64,000 nt of DNA from Lytechinus pictus (Eukaryota): NCBI RefSeq assembly GCF_037042905.1, contig NC_087245.1, forward strand, positions 1,178,001-1,242,000. The letters are read 5' to 3'. Below the pieces are notes generated by a model. That model had not been told where the DNA came from. It saw nothing but the letters and a program-made list of their open reading frames with translations, and ran no database searches. The position numbers and the translations under genes are program-made. Shown piece by piece: positions 34,071 through 47,600 of this stretch; position 1 is the first letter of the stretch, and every line of letters begins with the position of its first letter.

Positions 34071-35586
34071 CCTTCTCCCTTTCCCCCTTTTTTCTCTTTC
34101 TCTTCTTCTTTCCCTCCCTTTTTCTCCTCTTTTCTCCCCCTCTCTTTTCTTCCTCTTTTGGCGCCCCCTTTTTCGCCTACCCGACCCCCCAGAATACGCA
34201 CTTGGAATCTATGACACTGAAGGCTGTCACTCTCTTACACTGTTCAATGTTGGTTTAACATAAAATTATTTCAGAGTGTACCCCCCAAAAAAAATAACCC
34301 TAAGCTCCCCTCTCGCCAATGCAATTCCGTTGCCCCTCCCCCCAAAAAAAAGACGACTGACGGTAGCCATCAGGATTATGCAGGGACTAGCTATGAAATT
34401 TAATTTAATTTACAAAAAAGACATAAGTCTATTATTCTTTAAACAATCATTGTTGAAATTCCTGAGAGATATGAAACAGAGTTTTATTCACTCTTATTGT
34501 ATGAACATGGACATGGAATAAATTAATATGCTGCACGGAGAAACAAAAGCATGCACATTTTAGTTGTGATCTTGACTTTTAGACAAGTTATAAATTGGTC
34601 GGTAAATTGAAAGATGCATGATATCAAAGAACACTTTTTTTCATTTTTTACACCCACCCATACCCTCACATCCGAAAAGATGACGTCACACACTATTTCT
34701 TTTGTATTCTCGTATTCTCTTTGTATTCTCTTACATGAAATATATCAAAGATTTATATTTTTCCTTCTGTAATGTGTTCAAAAATTATTATCATAATGAA
34801 TTAGGATTTAATTAATTCTGAATCGGAACTTCCTTGTCATCGAGTCGACAAAAAATGAATTATTTTACATTTTCATATCATAAAATACAAAAGAATGGGT
34901 GATGACGTCATCCCAATCTCTCCTCTCTCTTTCAAGAATTATGGAGAATCAAGTTAATTTTTCCCGCTATATAGTTCTGAAGGCTTGCCCTTATTTGGAT
35001 TAGAGATCACTCAAGTGTGAGTGTGGGTGGGTTAAATGATATGACTAGGAATACAATACATTGTAACAGTAGACACTTCTTTTTCGGAAATCAGAAGACA
35101 TGTGTGATATCTACTGACGATACATGTTTTCTTTCCATAGTTTACACCTCTATTGTTAGAAACCATCGGGGAGTATATATACATCTTGAGCGTTCATCAT
35201 AAGAACTGCAACCTTCTCGTATCATAAAGTCATATTGGATTTCCCTCGGACTTGGTTTTAGTATACCTGAGCTAGTTTCTGAGTTAGTCCAGATTGGATA
35301 TTTACAAAACAATTCTACCAATTTGAGCCTCAAAACATGCGAGTATAATTTCTCCTTCCTTGTCTGCATAGTGGACGCTTTCTTCACTTCAGATAACAAA
35401 TTTGAATTGTCAAACTTTGCACAGTGATCTACAGAATACGTTTATATCCGCAATTCAAGATCTGTGATTATAGAAAGGACACTTGATAACTTCTTTGTTT
35501 TTTGTTTGTTTGGGGTTTTGGGGGAGTTTTTTTTAAGAGTATTGCGCTTTTGAACAAGGAACAAGATCAGAATATTTGTTTTAATC

Positions 35587-35680
35587 ATGGAGTTTCATCG
35601 CCACCTTCCAAGACCATCAATAATTCGATTTTTAATTTGTGGAATTTTCTTCATTTTATGCAATGGAGCAAATAGTCAGA
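35587..35680 (+). CDS. HYR gene exon 1, signal peptide
   Basis: aatcATG...CAG A|gtaagt; MEFHRHLPRPSIIRFLICGIFFILCNGANSQ; phase 1 matches the next exon. Confidence 0.75.
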
Positions 35681-38600
35681 GTAAGTGAATTAAATTTATA
35701 TTGTGAGTTGTGACAAAATTAATTCATTTTGATTATATTTGATTGTTTGATTAATTCTAACCCTTTCCCATTACAGTGAATGTATATTATTATTAATGTA
35801 TTATTCATGATAGGTATACACATAATCATGTGTTTTAAGAGTAAACAATTTGTAAATAAATTTTGATATTACAAATTCAGATTTATTTAGATTCGTCCTG
35901 AATATTTTTATGTATTAAAAGCTACTGAGAAATCACAAGAGCATATGATATACTTTAATATTTTACTCATTAATTATTCGTTAGTTATTACATTTTACTT
36001 TTAACTTTTTAGTTATCCAATTTTGTAAAACATAAGCTTCCGATAAAGATTGTACTTTTTCAATTATTTTCTACTCTGTTTCAAGTGAAATTATAGTTTC
36101 ATTTTCTTAAACAATGATTGAAGTTCAAATGAAACAGTACAAAACTATCAAAGTAAAAGCGGGAGGTGGTGAAGTTCACAATATTGATTGCAAATCTTGA
36201 CAAGTTTGTGAATAATGATATAGTGAGGGGAAAAAATGATATACACACTCTTTCATTGTTACAATTTTTTTCCCATCCACAAAATAGACTTTAAAAACCC
36301 CGATGGAAGGCAATTCAGGAAAAGATCTTACCACTTCTAAATAAAGGTTTAAGGCATTTTACATTTAGTGGAACCGACAATTTGATACACATGAATGTAT
36401 TATAAATGGAATGATTAATATAAAGATACTGAACGAATACTACATTTTTACTTTTCTGGCTTTTTTAATCAGGTTCTTTCATTTTATTTTAGGCTTGTTA
36501 GATGAGTGAAATAAAATTATTCATATATTATTCTTAAGGCCGTAGCAACCAAGACTATTTTAAAATAAGTCAGAACCTGACAAATTACGTCACCAAATCA
36601 AACACTTGAGACCTATAGACCTATTAGATGATTTGTGTTATTTTTGGCCCACCACTGAAGGACTAAATTTTCTTTACTATTCATCTTATTACTAAAATAA
36701 TACCACGGTCGATTGGTTTTCCTCTTTGAACAACATTCCTTTATGTTTCATGTCCCTCTAAAATATATTATATTGGAACTTTGACAAGGTCAATGAATAA
36801 ATTAAAGTAAAAGAAAATAATAAAGATGACGCGACATTGGGATTCCATGAGAATTCCCAAATACAATGGTTAGGATCTACTTCCACCGGAAATTAAAATC
36901 TAGTCCTTAAGGTTTGATATAAATAAAAAAATGTTATTCTTTCAATATGTGAATATAATTAATCCAGTTTAAGAATTTGGAAAGGGAGATGTATATGAAA
37001 AGAAAGGCCTATTGTTGCAAAGCTTCATCTGCACTTGTTCCTTTTTTATATCATTCTTTATGAACCCCGTTAAGTGACATCCAAGTATAATCATTCTCAA
37101 AGAAGGCAACGCGTGCTGGCGATTAAGCAGATTCGTAAAGTGGACAACAAATAATTATCTGGACATAAGAGATAATTTTGTTTGAAGTGAACTTTCACAG
37201 TGGGAATAAGAACATGGCAAATATTTAGAAAGTGTTAGTCATTAAATGGCATAAGGCAGTCATGTAATTTCGATTGACGACCATTCTTTTCTCCATCATG
37301 ACCATGAACTTGCAAAGTCTTTAAACAAAATCATTATAGTCATATACTGTTTAAAATGTACATTCTTTTGCATTGATTTGTATGGTTATGTTATATTATG
37401 TGTAATCATTTCCTATTGAGTTGACTCGAAATGAATTAAACCAAACTTAAACTTGAAGAATACATATTTCCATGATTATTATGCTGATTACAATAAATAA
37501 TTCATTTCATATCGAAACGGCCTGTCTATATGAAATGATTGTGATAACATAGACTAATACATAGAAAGGGTTTCCGTTTGATAGCCTAGCTATTACCCTT
37601 TGAGGCATGTATCACCAACAGAGAATGACCAGGCTAGTGTACGGACCTTTAAAGCTAATTTTATTTTGCTGTTTTTTTATAGTATAATTACAACGAAATA
37701 AAGAAACATCAAGTTATTGTTCAATAATGATGTGATATACTAAGAGAAATACAAGCATATAGGAGTTAATAATTTACATGAAATCTTACATAAAGGGAAT
37801 TCGTAAACCAAAAATGTAAAGAACTTGCCTTGACCAAAACATTTTTTTCATAGTTAGGTCTGGTCATGGTCGGAAACGAACAAAGATCATTTATCTTGCG
37901 CAGTATATATGTGCAATACAGAGTAAATTGAATTTTGAAGTGTATTCTCGTTAAGAGGAATGAAAATAACAGAGGTGTGTCATAGCTATTCAGATAAACG
38001 AATTCGTCACAGGACATTGCATTTCACAAAAGATTAATTTTATGACCATGCCCGGGGGGGGGCACTCAGTATATAATGCATAGTGGGTATGTGCCGCGGA
38101 GGGGACCCCCATTTTCACACTCAAATTTTCGTTCCGAGGCATAGCATTTTTGTCTTATCGAGACAAAAAACAAAGAAAGCCGCTCCAAGGCATAGCACTT
38201 TGTTCTTATCGAGAAAAAAAAAAAAGAAATCCGCTCCAAAGCTTCGCATATTTTTCGTTACGCCGTTCCGGTCGCATTGATCTGCTGCAATTTTGGTGAA
38301 AAGCGGCCGCCGAGCGCTGTCCGACCATCGTCTCTGCGCTAGCGCACCCAGCGGAGGCCGCGTATAGCTGCATCATGCACGCATGCCCGTTCCATAGGGG
38401 TACATACGCACGTACTCGCACGCTGGCGATCCGTTCCAAGGACCCCCGTTTTCACAAAATTGTAGTTCCGAAGCCCGTTCCCAGGACCCTCCTTTTTACA
38501 ATAAGCCCGCTCCAAGGCCCCCGTTTTTTGTCTCGCCCGCGGCACACCCCTACCACTTTTTTGGTCGAGTGCCCCCCCCGGGTGACCATGAATGAATGAC

Positions 38601-41600
38601 CACATCATGATTATGTGAGACACAAAAGGGATACTCATTTTACTCCATTCCTTCTAACAGATGTGATTAATTTTATATAGAAAAGATTATCGTGGATATA
38701 GGCCTAATATACTGATCAGCACAGTCTTCATGGACTAAATAATATTTCACAAGAAAGGCTTTCAATCTTATCGATATTCACCATCATCGGATCATTAGTG
38801 GGTCAATTTATTTGGAAATGAGAGAGCAACCAAAGAGTAATTACTATACAATTTATTCTAAGTAAACAAAAATCGCCATCTTTTCAGAATCATCTGACTG
38901 ATGAATTATCATTTAGTCACGTGTTGACATTCCTTCCATTCGTTCGTACAGTATTATTGATTTGTCATGGCCCTGTGAAGCGGGGTGCTGAAGTACCCCA
39001 AGACTTTCCCTGGGCGTGCTGCGTGTATTATTCTCTGTAGGCATTAGGTGTAAAAAATGAAGAAATGTATATAAAATGACCTACATTTTGCAGTAACCCC
39101 CCTTTTTTTCTTGTCCAATTTCTGGGGACCAAAATAACCTTCATTTTGTAGAAAAACTGGAATTTTTCAAAGTTTTCAACATTTTGTTCACACAATGTTT
39201 TTGTTTCTTCAATTCAAGTAGCCTAAAATCGTCGTGACTTTTTGAGTAGAGCTTTTGTATTTTATTCAAATTACAGATGTTATCTGCAATTCTGCGGATT
39301 CGGCTACATCTAACACCTTTAACACATACAACGTTACTGTTCCTGGGACTGACAGCCCAATATTGATCTACGACCCCGCAGAATACGGTCCAAACATGAG
39401 GTTACCGGTTGGAACTACCGAGGTTACAGTGACCGCTTACATGACGTCATCGACTCCTATTGGAAACTGTACATTTAACATTACTGTTAGTTGTAAGTAA
39501 TATGAACTTTAGTCACATCTACGCCCTGGCCTATTTGGGCATATTTTTTTTTAGTATTAAACATCTTGACCATTAGATTTAGATTCAAGTAACTTTCCAT
39601 GCATGAAAGGCATACATTTTCTTAAAGCTGAGCGTGATGGGTACTTTCTAAGCATGCTAGGGAACTGACAAAATGGATGTTCCATCGAGTGAAGAAAAAC
39701 AATTTTTGCAGCTTTAGGATACGTTATGAAGTTTTGATAACAAATTTGTAGAACAGGTATGCTACATTTGCCATACAAACACAATAAATGTTCGCCCTCA
39801 TCACTTCTGGTATCTTGAATTACAACATAACGCTATTCAAAATCGTCCATATTTAGTCCTTGAATAATCAAAAGGCTTCAATACTCTTGACCAATGTATA
39901 TTTCATTTTATATACTTGATGAATATGACAGTGGATGAGCTTCCTATTGCTTGTCCTGCAACAAATGACATCGAGCAAACAGATCCAGGCGAATCAACTT
40001 TTCAGTTCCAGATCAACTCTCTAGACTCTCTTCCGGGATTTGACTACGCTTCAATTTCGCCAAATTTTGTACAAAAACAACCATCGACGAACACGAGCGG
40101 AGTGGTCAATGACCGTTTTCCTGTCGGCATCCATGCTGTCAGCTTACTCTTCTTCGATAATTACCTAACTAAACAGTGCAACTTTACTCTTATAGTCGTC
40201 GGTGAGTATTAAAATATATCTTTCCTTTTCTTTTCCCCTTTCTCACTTCCCCTTCCTTAGTACCATAATCGTTTGACTACTATCTTTCTATTCCACAACC
40301 CTTCTTGGAAAGCCACATCAAATTATTTCATCCATCTCCCTCTTCGATTTCTGAGAACTATCCATCAAAAGACTCGTTCCTCTCTCTTTCTATACCTGGA
40401 GAACCTTTGAGGGAAGGAGGAAGAAAAGAGCTGTATTCTAGATTAACAGTCTGTATAAGCGGGAGGGGAATAATATTAAAGAAATTCATCTAAAGATTTC
40501 CTCGTTGCTTCAGTCCAAGGAATCTTCATCATTCTTTCTTACCGTATTTCGCTACTTTAAAAAGACCTTTTTAGTGTTAGATACTAAAGTCCACGTTTCA
40601 CTAACACTACCAGGTCCTATATGAATCATTGTTCATAGGAATTTGCCTGATGCAGACTTAGCCATAGAAATCCTTCTCCTTCATATATCTTACCGTTCAT
40701 TAATTTTCTTTGACTAAAACCAGATGTAGAACCACCAACGGTCACTTGCCCAGACGATATCTTAGCTACCACCACGAACGTCATCACATACACACCTACA
40801 GGAATAACAGACAACGTTCCCGATCCCGATACTCTACATAGCTCCATCACCTTTAGTCCCGTCACTCTATCACCTGGCTCCCGATTCCCGATAGGGAATT
40901 CTACTGTTACTATTTCCGTTACCGATGGAGCAGGGAATCAGGGCGATTGCAGTTTCAACGTCAATGTAGCATGTGAGTGTCAAAGATCTGTCAAAGATCA
41001 GATATGTATTTTTTGAAGCATCTAAAGTGAATTGATATAGATAGTCAGTGGTGATAATGATTAAATATTCACTAAAAAGTATGTTTCCCCCTTCCAAATG
41101 GTTCATAATTTCTCAAATCCATTCTATACTACCGGTATAGACTTACATAAATTCCTCAATAATGTATAAGGCCTAAAGGATAATCCCAATCCCCATGTAC
41201 TGTTAACTGTTAACCAAAGGCTTTTGGCATTAGATAGTCCCACAAACTATTGAATAAAAAGAAATAATATTTCAACCAAAGTACTGAACAAACAAGAACC
41301 AGAACAAACGGGATTATTTTTTTTTTCAAGCTCATGATCAGCAACCAGGCATGTATCACACTTTCTTGCAGTTTGAAGAAACGTTTGATTTGGTTGCATG
41401 AACTGAACTGATTGATTTATATGGGAGTGGGGTGGCGACCCCAGACTCAACTTTAGTCTCAATTTTACATCCGTATTACAACTTCCAATGTATAGTTTGG
41501 TGTTAAAGTGTTTTTCTAAAGAAAAGTCTTTTCTTAAGAAAAGAAAATTTTCAGATACTAACTGATCTACAACTTTGTATTTCTCTGCTTGCTGCAGGTG

Positions 41601-44600
41601 TTTGAAATATAAATTCTATATCCATGTATATTTAGAAGTTCTTTAAGTGTTTTTCTAAACAGAAGTGTTCATCTTGAAACTTTGAAACTTTGAAAACTTG
41701 AAAATGAAACTTTACACAATATAGCTAATCTAAATCCTCGCCTTTCTTTGCCTACTGTGTGTAAAATACAAATAATTTATCAGTTATATTTAAAGTTCTT
41801 TAAAATTACTTTATGTTTTTCAGTACAAGAGCTACCAATCACCTGTCCTGCGCGATTGGATCTAACAGTGGAGACTGATCGTGGTCAACCTTACTTCACT
41901 TACCATGATCCATTATTCAACATCTCTTATTCTACAACCTATATACCATATGAGAATATTACCATGGTGAGAAATTACGGTGGAAGTGTGAACAGTCCTC
42001 AGCTGGCCATCTCAACTCAAGATCAATATGTCTTTCTTACGATATCAGACGGGATGTTGTCTAAGACTTGTATAGAAGCAAGTGTTCAAGTGGAAGGTAA
42101 CATTTCAAATAAAAAATGAATGAAAGTCGTACAAAAAAAAAGAAATCAGTCTAAGTATTGATTCCAAGAAGAAAATCAGCATAATAAATACAGGTATGTC
42201 TAAAAATGGATCGAAACAATAACAAGAAATCTAGGACCGTACTATAACATAGGCTTATTGGAAAAAAATCGGTGTATAAATTTTTTTATTTTCACAAGCA
42301 ATACGCATATCAATTACATTACTGCGTGATGTTTTTAATTTAGGTAAAAATGGATCGGTTGTAATGAGATTTCTCTGTTGCTTTCTTCCTAACAGATCGA
42401 GAACCTCCTGTGATCGTTTGCCCAGATGACATCTACCAAACTAACACTTCAATTGGTTCTAATTTCCAACCAACCTTTTTTGATAATTCCGGTAGTTCTT
42501 TAGATTCTGCGATCATTCCCTTACCACATGGAATATTTTCAGTAGGAACAACAAACTATACCTTTATTATATCCGATAGAAGTGGAAACAATGCGTCGTG
42601 TTCGTTCAACGTTACTGTCGAAATTGGTAAGAGTTTTTAGTTGCGTTTTTTTTTTTGGGGGGGGGAGCGGGGGGGGGGGGGTACTCATTCATTAGTATAG
42701 CAGTGTGTCCATTTAAAACAAAGGAAGATTCGTTTGAATAAATAATGTTTAGTCTATACTCCTCCTTATAACATTGGAAGAATACTTTTTAGACACTTTG
42801 ATCGTCACTATATATGCTATAGCAGTGGCGTGAAGATAGGGGAGGCTTGGAGCATTGGCCCCTAAAAAGTTTCACGACAACGAAAAAAAGGAGGGAGAAA
42901 AGGAAAGGGAAAAGGTGAAATGTGATATCATTAATTTTTCTGAAAAGTATGCCAAATATAATATAATATAGGGCTATCATGTTATGTATTCATTTTTCTT
43001 CTGTCAGACTCCTCTATTTGTCAAAAATATATTCACAAAGATTATGTTAATCAATTATCAGTGATAATTATTGTATTCGGCATTTCTGTTTCGAATCTTC
43101 ATGGATGAAATGAACACAAATTTCAAATATTTAAAAATAGGCCTACACTGTGAAAAAATATTGGGTAAAATTTAAACCAGCACAAAGGTAATTATGTGGC
43201 CAGCCAATTTGGGGCAGTATTTTACCCAATGCGGGAAGCATGCAGTAAGGTTAAAAAATAAGCAGCAATTACTTTAGAATGGGCAAAATTTTCATCACAC
43301 TGGAATGCCCAAAAGAAATGTCCAATGTTGGTTGAACACATAATTACCCCCATAGAGCATTTTCACCCAATATTTTTTTTTAGAGTGTATAAATATATAT
43401 ATTTTTTCTCTTCCTTTATAGTCCCGGAATCAACGACTGCCTCAACTGAAGGTAAGGAACTTTCTTGCATTATGAATTTTAATTAACATCACAAACATCA
43501 TTATTTATAAGAATTCATGATCAGACGAATACATTTTGTTATATTGATTTTTGATGTCAAATTTTGTATTGTAACAAAATAAATGAACATCAAGAATATA
43601 TGTAAGCAAATCACACTAATTTCATTTCATTTGTGTTTCTCATTTTATTAAAAATTCAAATTAAGGTGGAGTAGATTGTAATAAAAAGTCAGCTCTGAGT
43701 GCATGTTTTGTAAGATTTATGACAGGAAAACGAAGTAAAATTTTATGAGATCGAGTCGTCACTCAGGAACTCAAATGTTATAGTCAAGTGCTTGGATTAT
43801 GGAGGTTGCATGATATATTTAGTTTCGTTTGGGTCCATCCAAACACACGTCTATTATTGATCACTGAAAACATTCCTTGTACATCTTGTCTAGAAATACT
43901 GTATTTTTTGTTTATGTAAATGTTTTAAGGAGTTGGAAAGTTAAGTTTAATCTATTCAAGCCAATCGATTTCTACTTTATGATTTTTTTAACACAAACGG
44001 AACAATGTAAAAGAACTTTCTTTGCACGGTATATCATTAATGATTTATTTGCACCGGGACGAAGAACGCTTTCATGAACATATATAATGTATTGAAAATG
44101 CAGTTCAAATGACAATGAACAGTAAGAAGATCTTTGTAGAAAATTGATAAACCGGAACAGCAGTTTTGTTCTAAGTTTCGGAGCTGCAGAAAAATTGCAA
44201 ATATGTCGTTTGTCCAGAGTTTAGGAGGAAAATGCTGTTTTGATTTACCGATTTTCGACAAAGACTTTTATGGTTGATCTTTGTCATGAAGGGTTCTGTG
44301 TCCTTGTGCGAAAAATCCCTAGGTGCATGAAATAATTATGTACCATTTTCCACTTGGGGATATCAAACAGTGTCCTATCATTTTAATTTGTAATCATTGG
44401 TGTTTTCATTTAGATATATATTTATTTATTCGTTTATTTATTCATTTATTTTACTGCAAATTACAATAATGTTATTAATAATGTATTCAGTGATAAAATA
44501 TGTCTATCATTCTGACAACATGCTATAATCACTTTCATTATGCCAGTATAATCGGTTTTCATCGTTAACAGGGTTAACGAAAAAAATAGCTGTCATCTTA

Positions 44601-47600
44601 AATACTTTAAGGACAACTATTGTGAAGACAAAAAAAGGACACCGTTTCACATAAGACGTTAGCATTGACAAAATTGTCAGTCCTGAGTCTCTATTCAGAA
44701 AATACTTTGTTATTGGCTTAGAAGCACCGATATAACTTGTCAATGATGACAACTTTTATGAAATGGTGTCCAGACTTTCCTCAAGGAGAGTGGACTGGTT
44801 AATCGTTCTTGACCATTTATACGATATTTCGACAATTGAATCGACATGGAATCACGAACTAAACCCCTTTTAACACTGCTATCATCGTGAAAACCATTAT
44901 TCTATTTTTCACAGCTAGACGTAGTACATCATCACCTTCCTTTTCTGTTACCATGGTTTCATCCATGACTTCCATCCCTGTATCATCCATCTCATCTTCT
45001 ATAACACCATCACCTATGACATCCATATCTTCCATTCCTACCTCAACTCCTTCCATCCCAATCTCATCCCGGGTCTCATCGATCACATCATCCCCTTCTA
45101 TGATTACATCATCATCTTCATCCTCAATAAGGCATACGAGCTCGAATCTTACCATGGTTACGGTAACGAATCCTGTTACAGTAAATCCCATACCGGCCAC
45201 TTCCATGAGCGCCAATCCAGTCACGTCAGTGTCTTCAACTGAAACAAGATAACAGCCTGGAACTGTGAGCTCTGGTAAATTATGACATTGTGATAAGTTG
45301 TATCATTTGGATGTGTTCCATGTCACAATATTAACTGTGCACGATTAAAGCATTATACGGATTTGAAACAAAGTATAGACGTAAGTTTGTTATGTAATTT
45401 CGAACATAATTGGTTGCGAATTGTTTAACAGTAGGCCTACATTATCATTTTTTTCATTATCCATCTTTTTGCACTTTGTATTTGGGTTCATCCAAGAAAC
45501 TAATCAATTCATCACATTTATTGTAACAAAATAACTTACACAATGATGTAATATTAAATTAAATCATTTCTTACTCATAATACATTCTTATTTTTATGGC
45601 AGACATGACTGTGCGTCGATATGTAGAATATTATTCTTATTTTTCACTTAACAATTGATAAATTGATGTTAGTGTTTTATTGCAATACCTCTTATTTAGA
45701 AAAATTATATCCACTTTGTCAATATTTGATCAAAACACGTCCAATATTAGAGAAATCTATTTATAATTCTTTCGAGGCTGTCCTAGACTCCGTATGTACA
45801 ATCCCGTTATTCATTAATTTTGTAACTAAATACGAAACTTTTAATCAAAATATTTTAGGAATTCTTCATTAATAACTTTTAAATGTAGAAGATAACTTTT
45901 TCTTGACACTTCCATGGGTTTAAGCGCTTTCAAGTATATAGATGATAGAATGTTGTTTGGAAATAAAATATCTTTATCATGGCGTGTTTTTATTTTTGTA
46001 TTTCAGAGTCTACCAATGTGATGGAGACAACAGTGGGTAACGGTAAGAATCGAACAATACATAAAATTAAAGAAAGTCCTCCCTCATTTAGAAAAGTAAT
46101 TTGTGTCACTTTAATAAAAAAAAGTGTTGATAACGAAATACCCGTTAAGAGTATTCCTATAGATAAACCTACTGACTTACTTATGGATAAGGATCCGTGA
46201 AGTTATACATAAATGTTTGTACAAACAAACATTTCTTACTATTCAAAGTTCATAGGAAACAGTTTTAATACCATAATAAATGTTATTTTAGGGTAACGTT
46301 AGGGATTCGAAAATTTTCGATTTTTGGTCAATAATCTGTGTGGATTTAGTCACTGTAATGCAGGAGGGCTAAACATTGGAAATTTTATCAACTAGTGATG
46401 GATAATTAAAAAAAAAACACTTGGATATGCATTATAGAAGAAAAAGAAATGACAGGATGAATAAAGAAAATGACTTGTGACAAAGAAATGATAACTAGGA
46501 TTTAATGAATGCTTATTCAGGAGTGACCAATTCGATAAATCTGAGTTTTACATAGAAGTAAGGGCGGAAAAACTATGGTTTATACATTTTCCCAAAGGTA
46601 TTTTACTTAAAAGTTTATGAATCTTGAGAATTTACCTGTTTTGTTATGTGTGTATTGGAAAAGTTGTCTTATAAGTGACTCGCATTTCTTGTATCTAATC
46701 GATTTATTGATTGGTTGGTTTGTTAGTTGCAATGTAACAACCCTTTTTCAAATGCTTACATACTTTTTGTCATGATAATAAATAAGACTGAAGTAAAGTT
46801 GCTCGGTTGTGATTAGCTTAATATTAATGACACACAAATATATCATAACATCATTTAAAATATTGAAAATAAACACAAATGAGTAGAGAAATGCAATTTA
46901 AAGCATGGTAGCAACTCTATTCCTTAATTAGTGCCATATCCAAGAAAATTCGAGACTGGAGCAAACACTAACATTTCGCCTCGTTCCAACCTTTGACACC
47001 AGTATTTCCTTTAGTTTTTCATCAGATAACACTTTCATTTTTACCTTTATGTGCGCCCCCTAAAAGTGCCCCCCCCCCTCCCTGGACGCATGTTCCCATG
47101 CACTTCCTAGATGCGTCACTGCCAACTAAAAAACAATATTACTTCATCTTTACTGGAAGCGCTTGCAAGATGCTTAGTATTACTAATTTAAGTTGCGCCC
47201 AAGGTGTTTTGTCTTATTGCAAATGCAGTTGCATGTCCGGTGCTCTCTAAATGTCAAATATCTATTACGTATCATAGATGACCAGAGGATGACCAATTAT
47301 TTACCCATTATCATCGGGTGTTCCGTAGCAGCTGGTGTCATTCTCATCATCATCATCATTCTAGTTGTCATCTGCAGCACTCCAAGTAGAAGAAGAATAT
47401 TTGGGATTGGACCTAAGGAACCCAGTAAGATCAAACACGTTGGGGCGAGCAGACATGTAAGTAATAGTGAAAAAAATATGACAAATAAGACAAGACAACG
47501 ATATAGATCCTATAATGCTGAAGGGTTGGTAGAGAATGGAAAGAGGATCTCGTCAATAATATAACCTTCGGACATGTCATTTTACAATTATAAGTACAAT

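Noticed and set aside
33808..34263. 151-aa ORF with repeats and a hydrophobic stretch
   Set aside because: Translation of a 26-bp minisatellite plus a pyrimidine tract
44859..45224. Acidic minus-strand ORF (DEDDDVIIEG...)
   Set aside because: Antisense shadow of the Ser/Thr-rich exon
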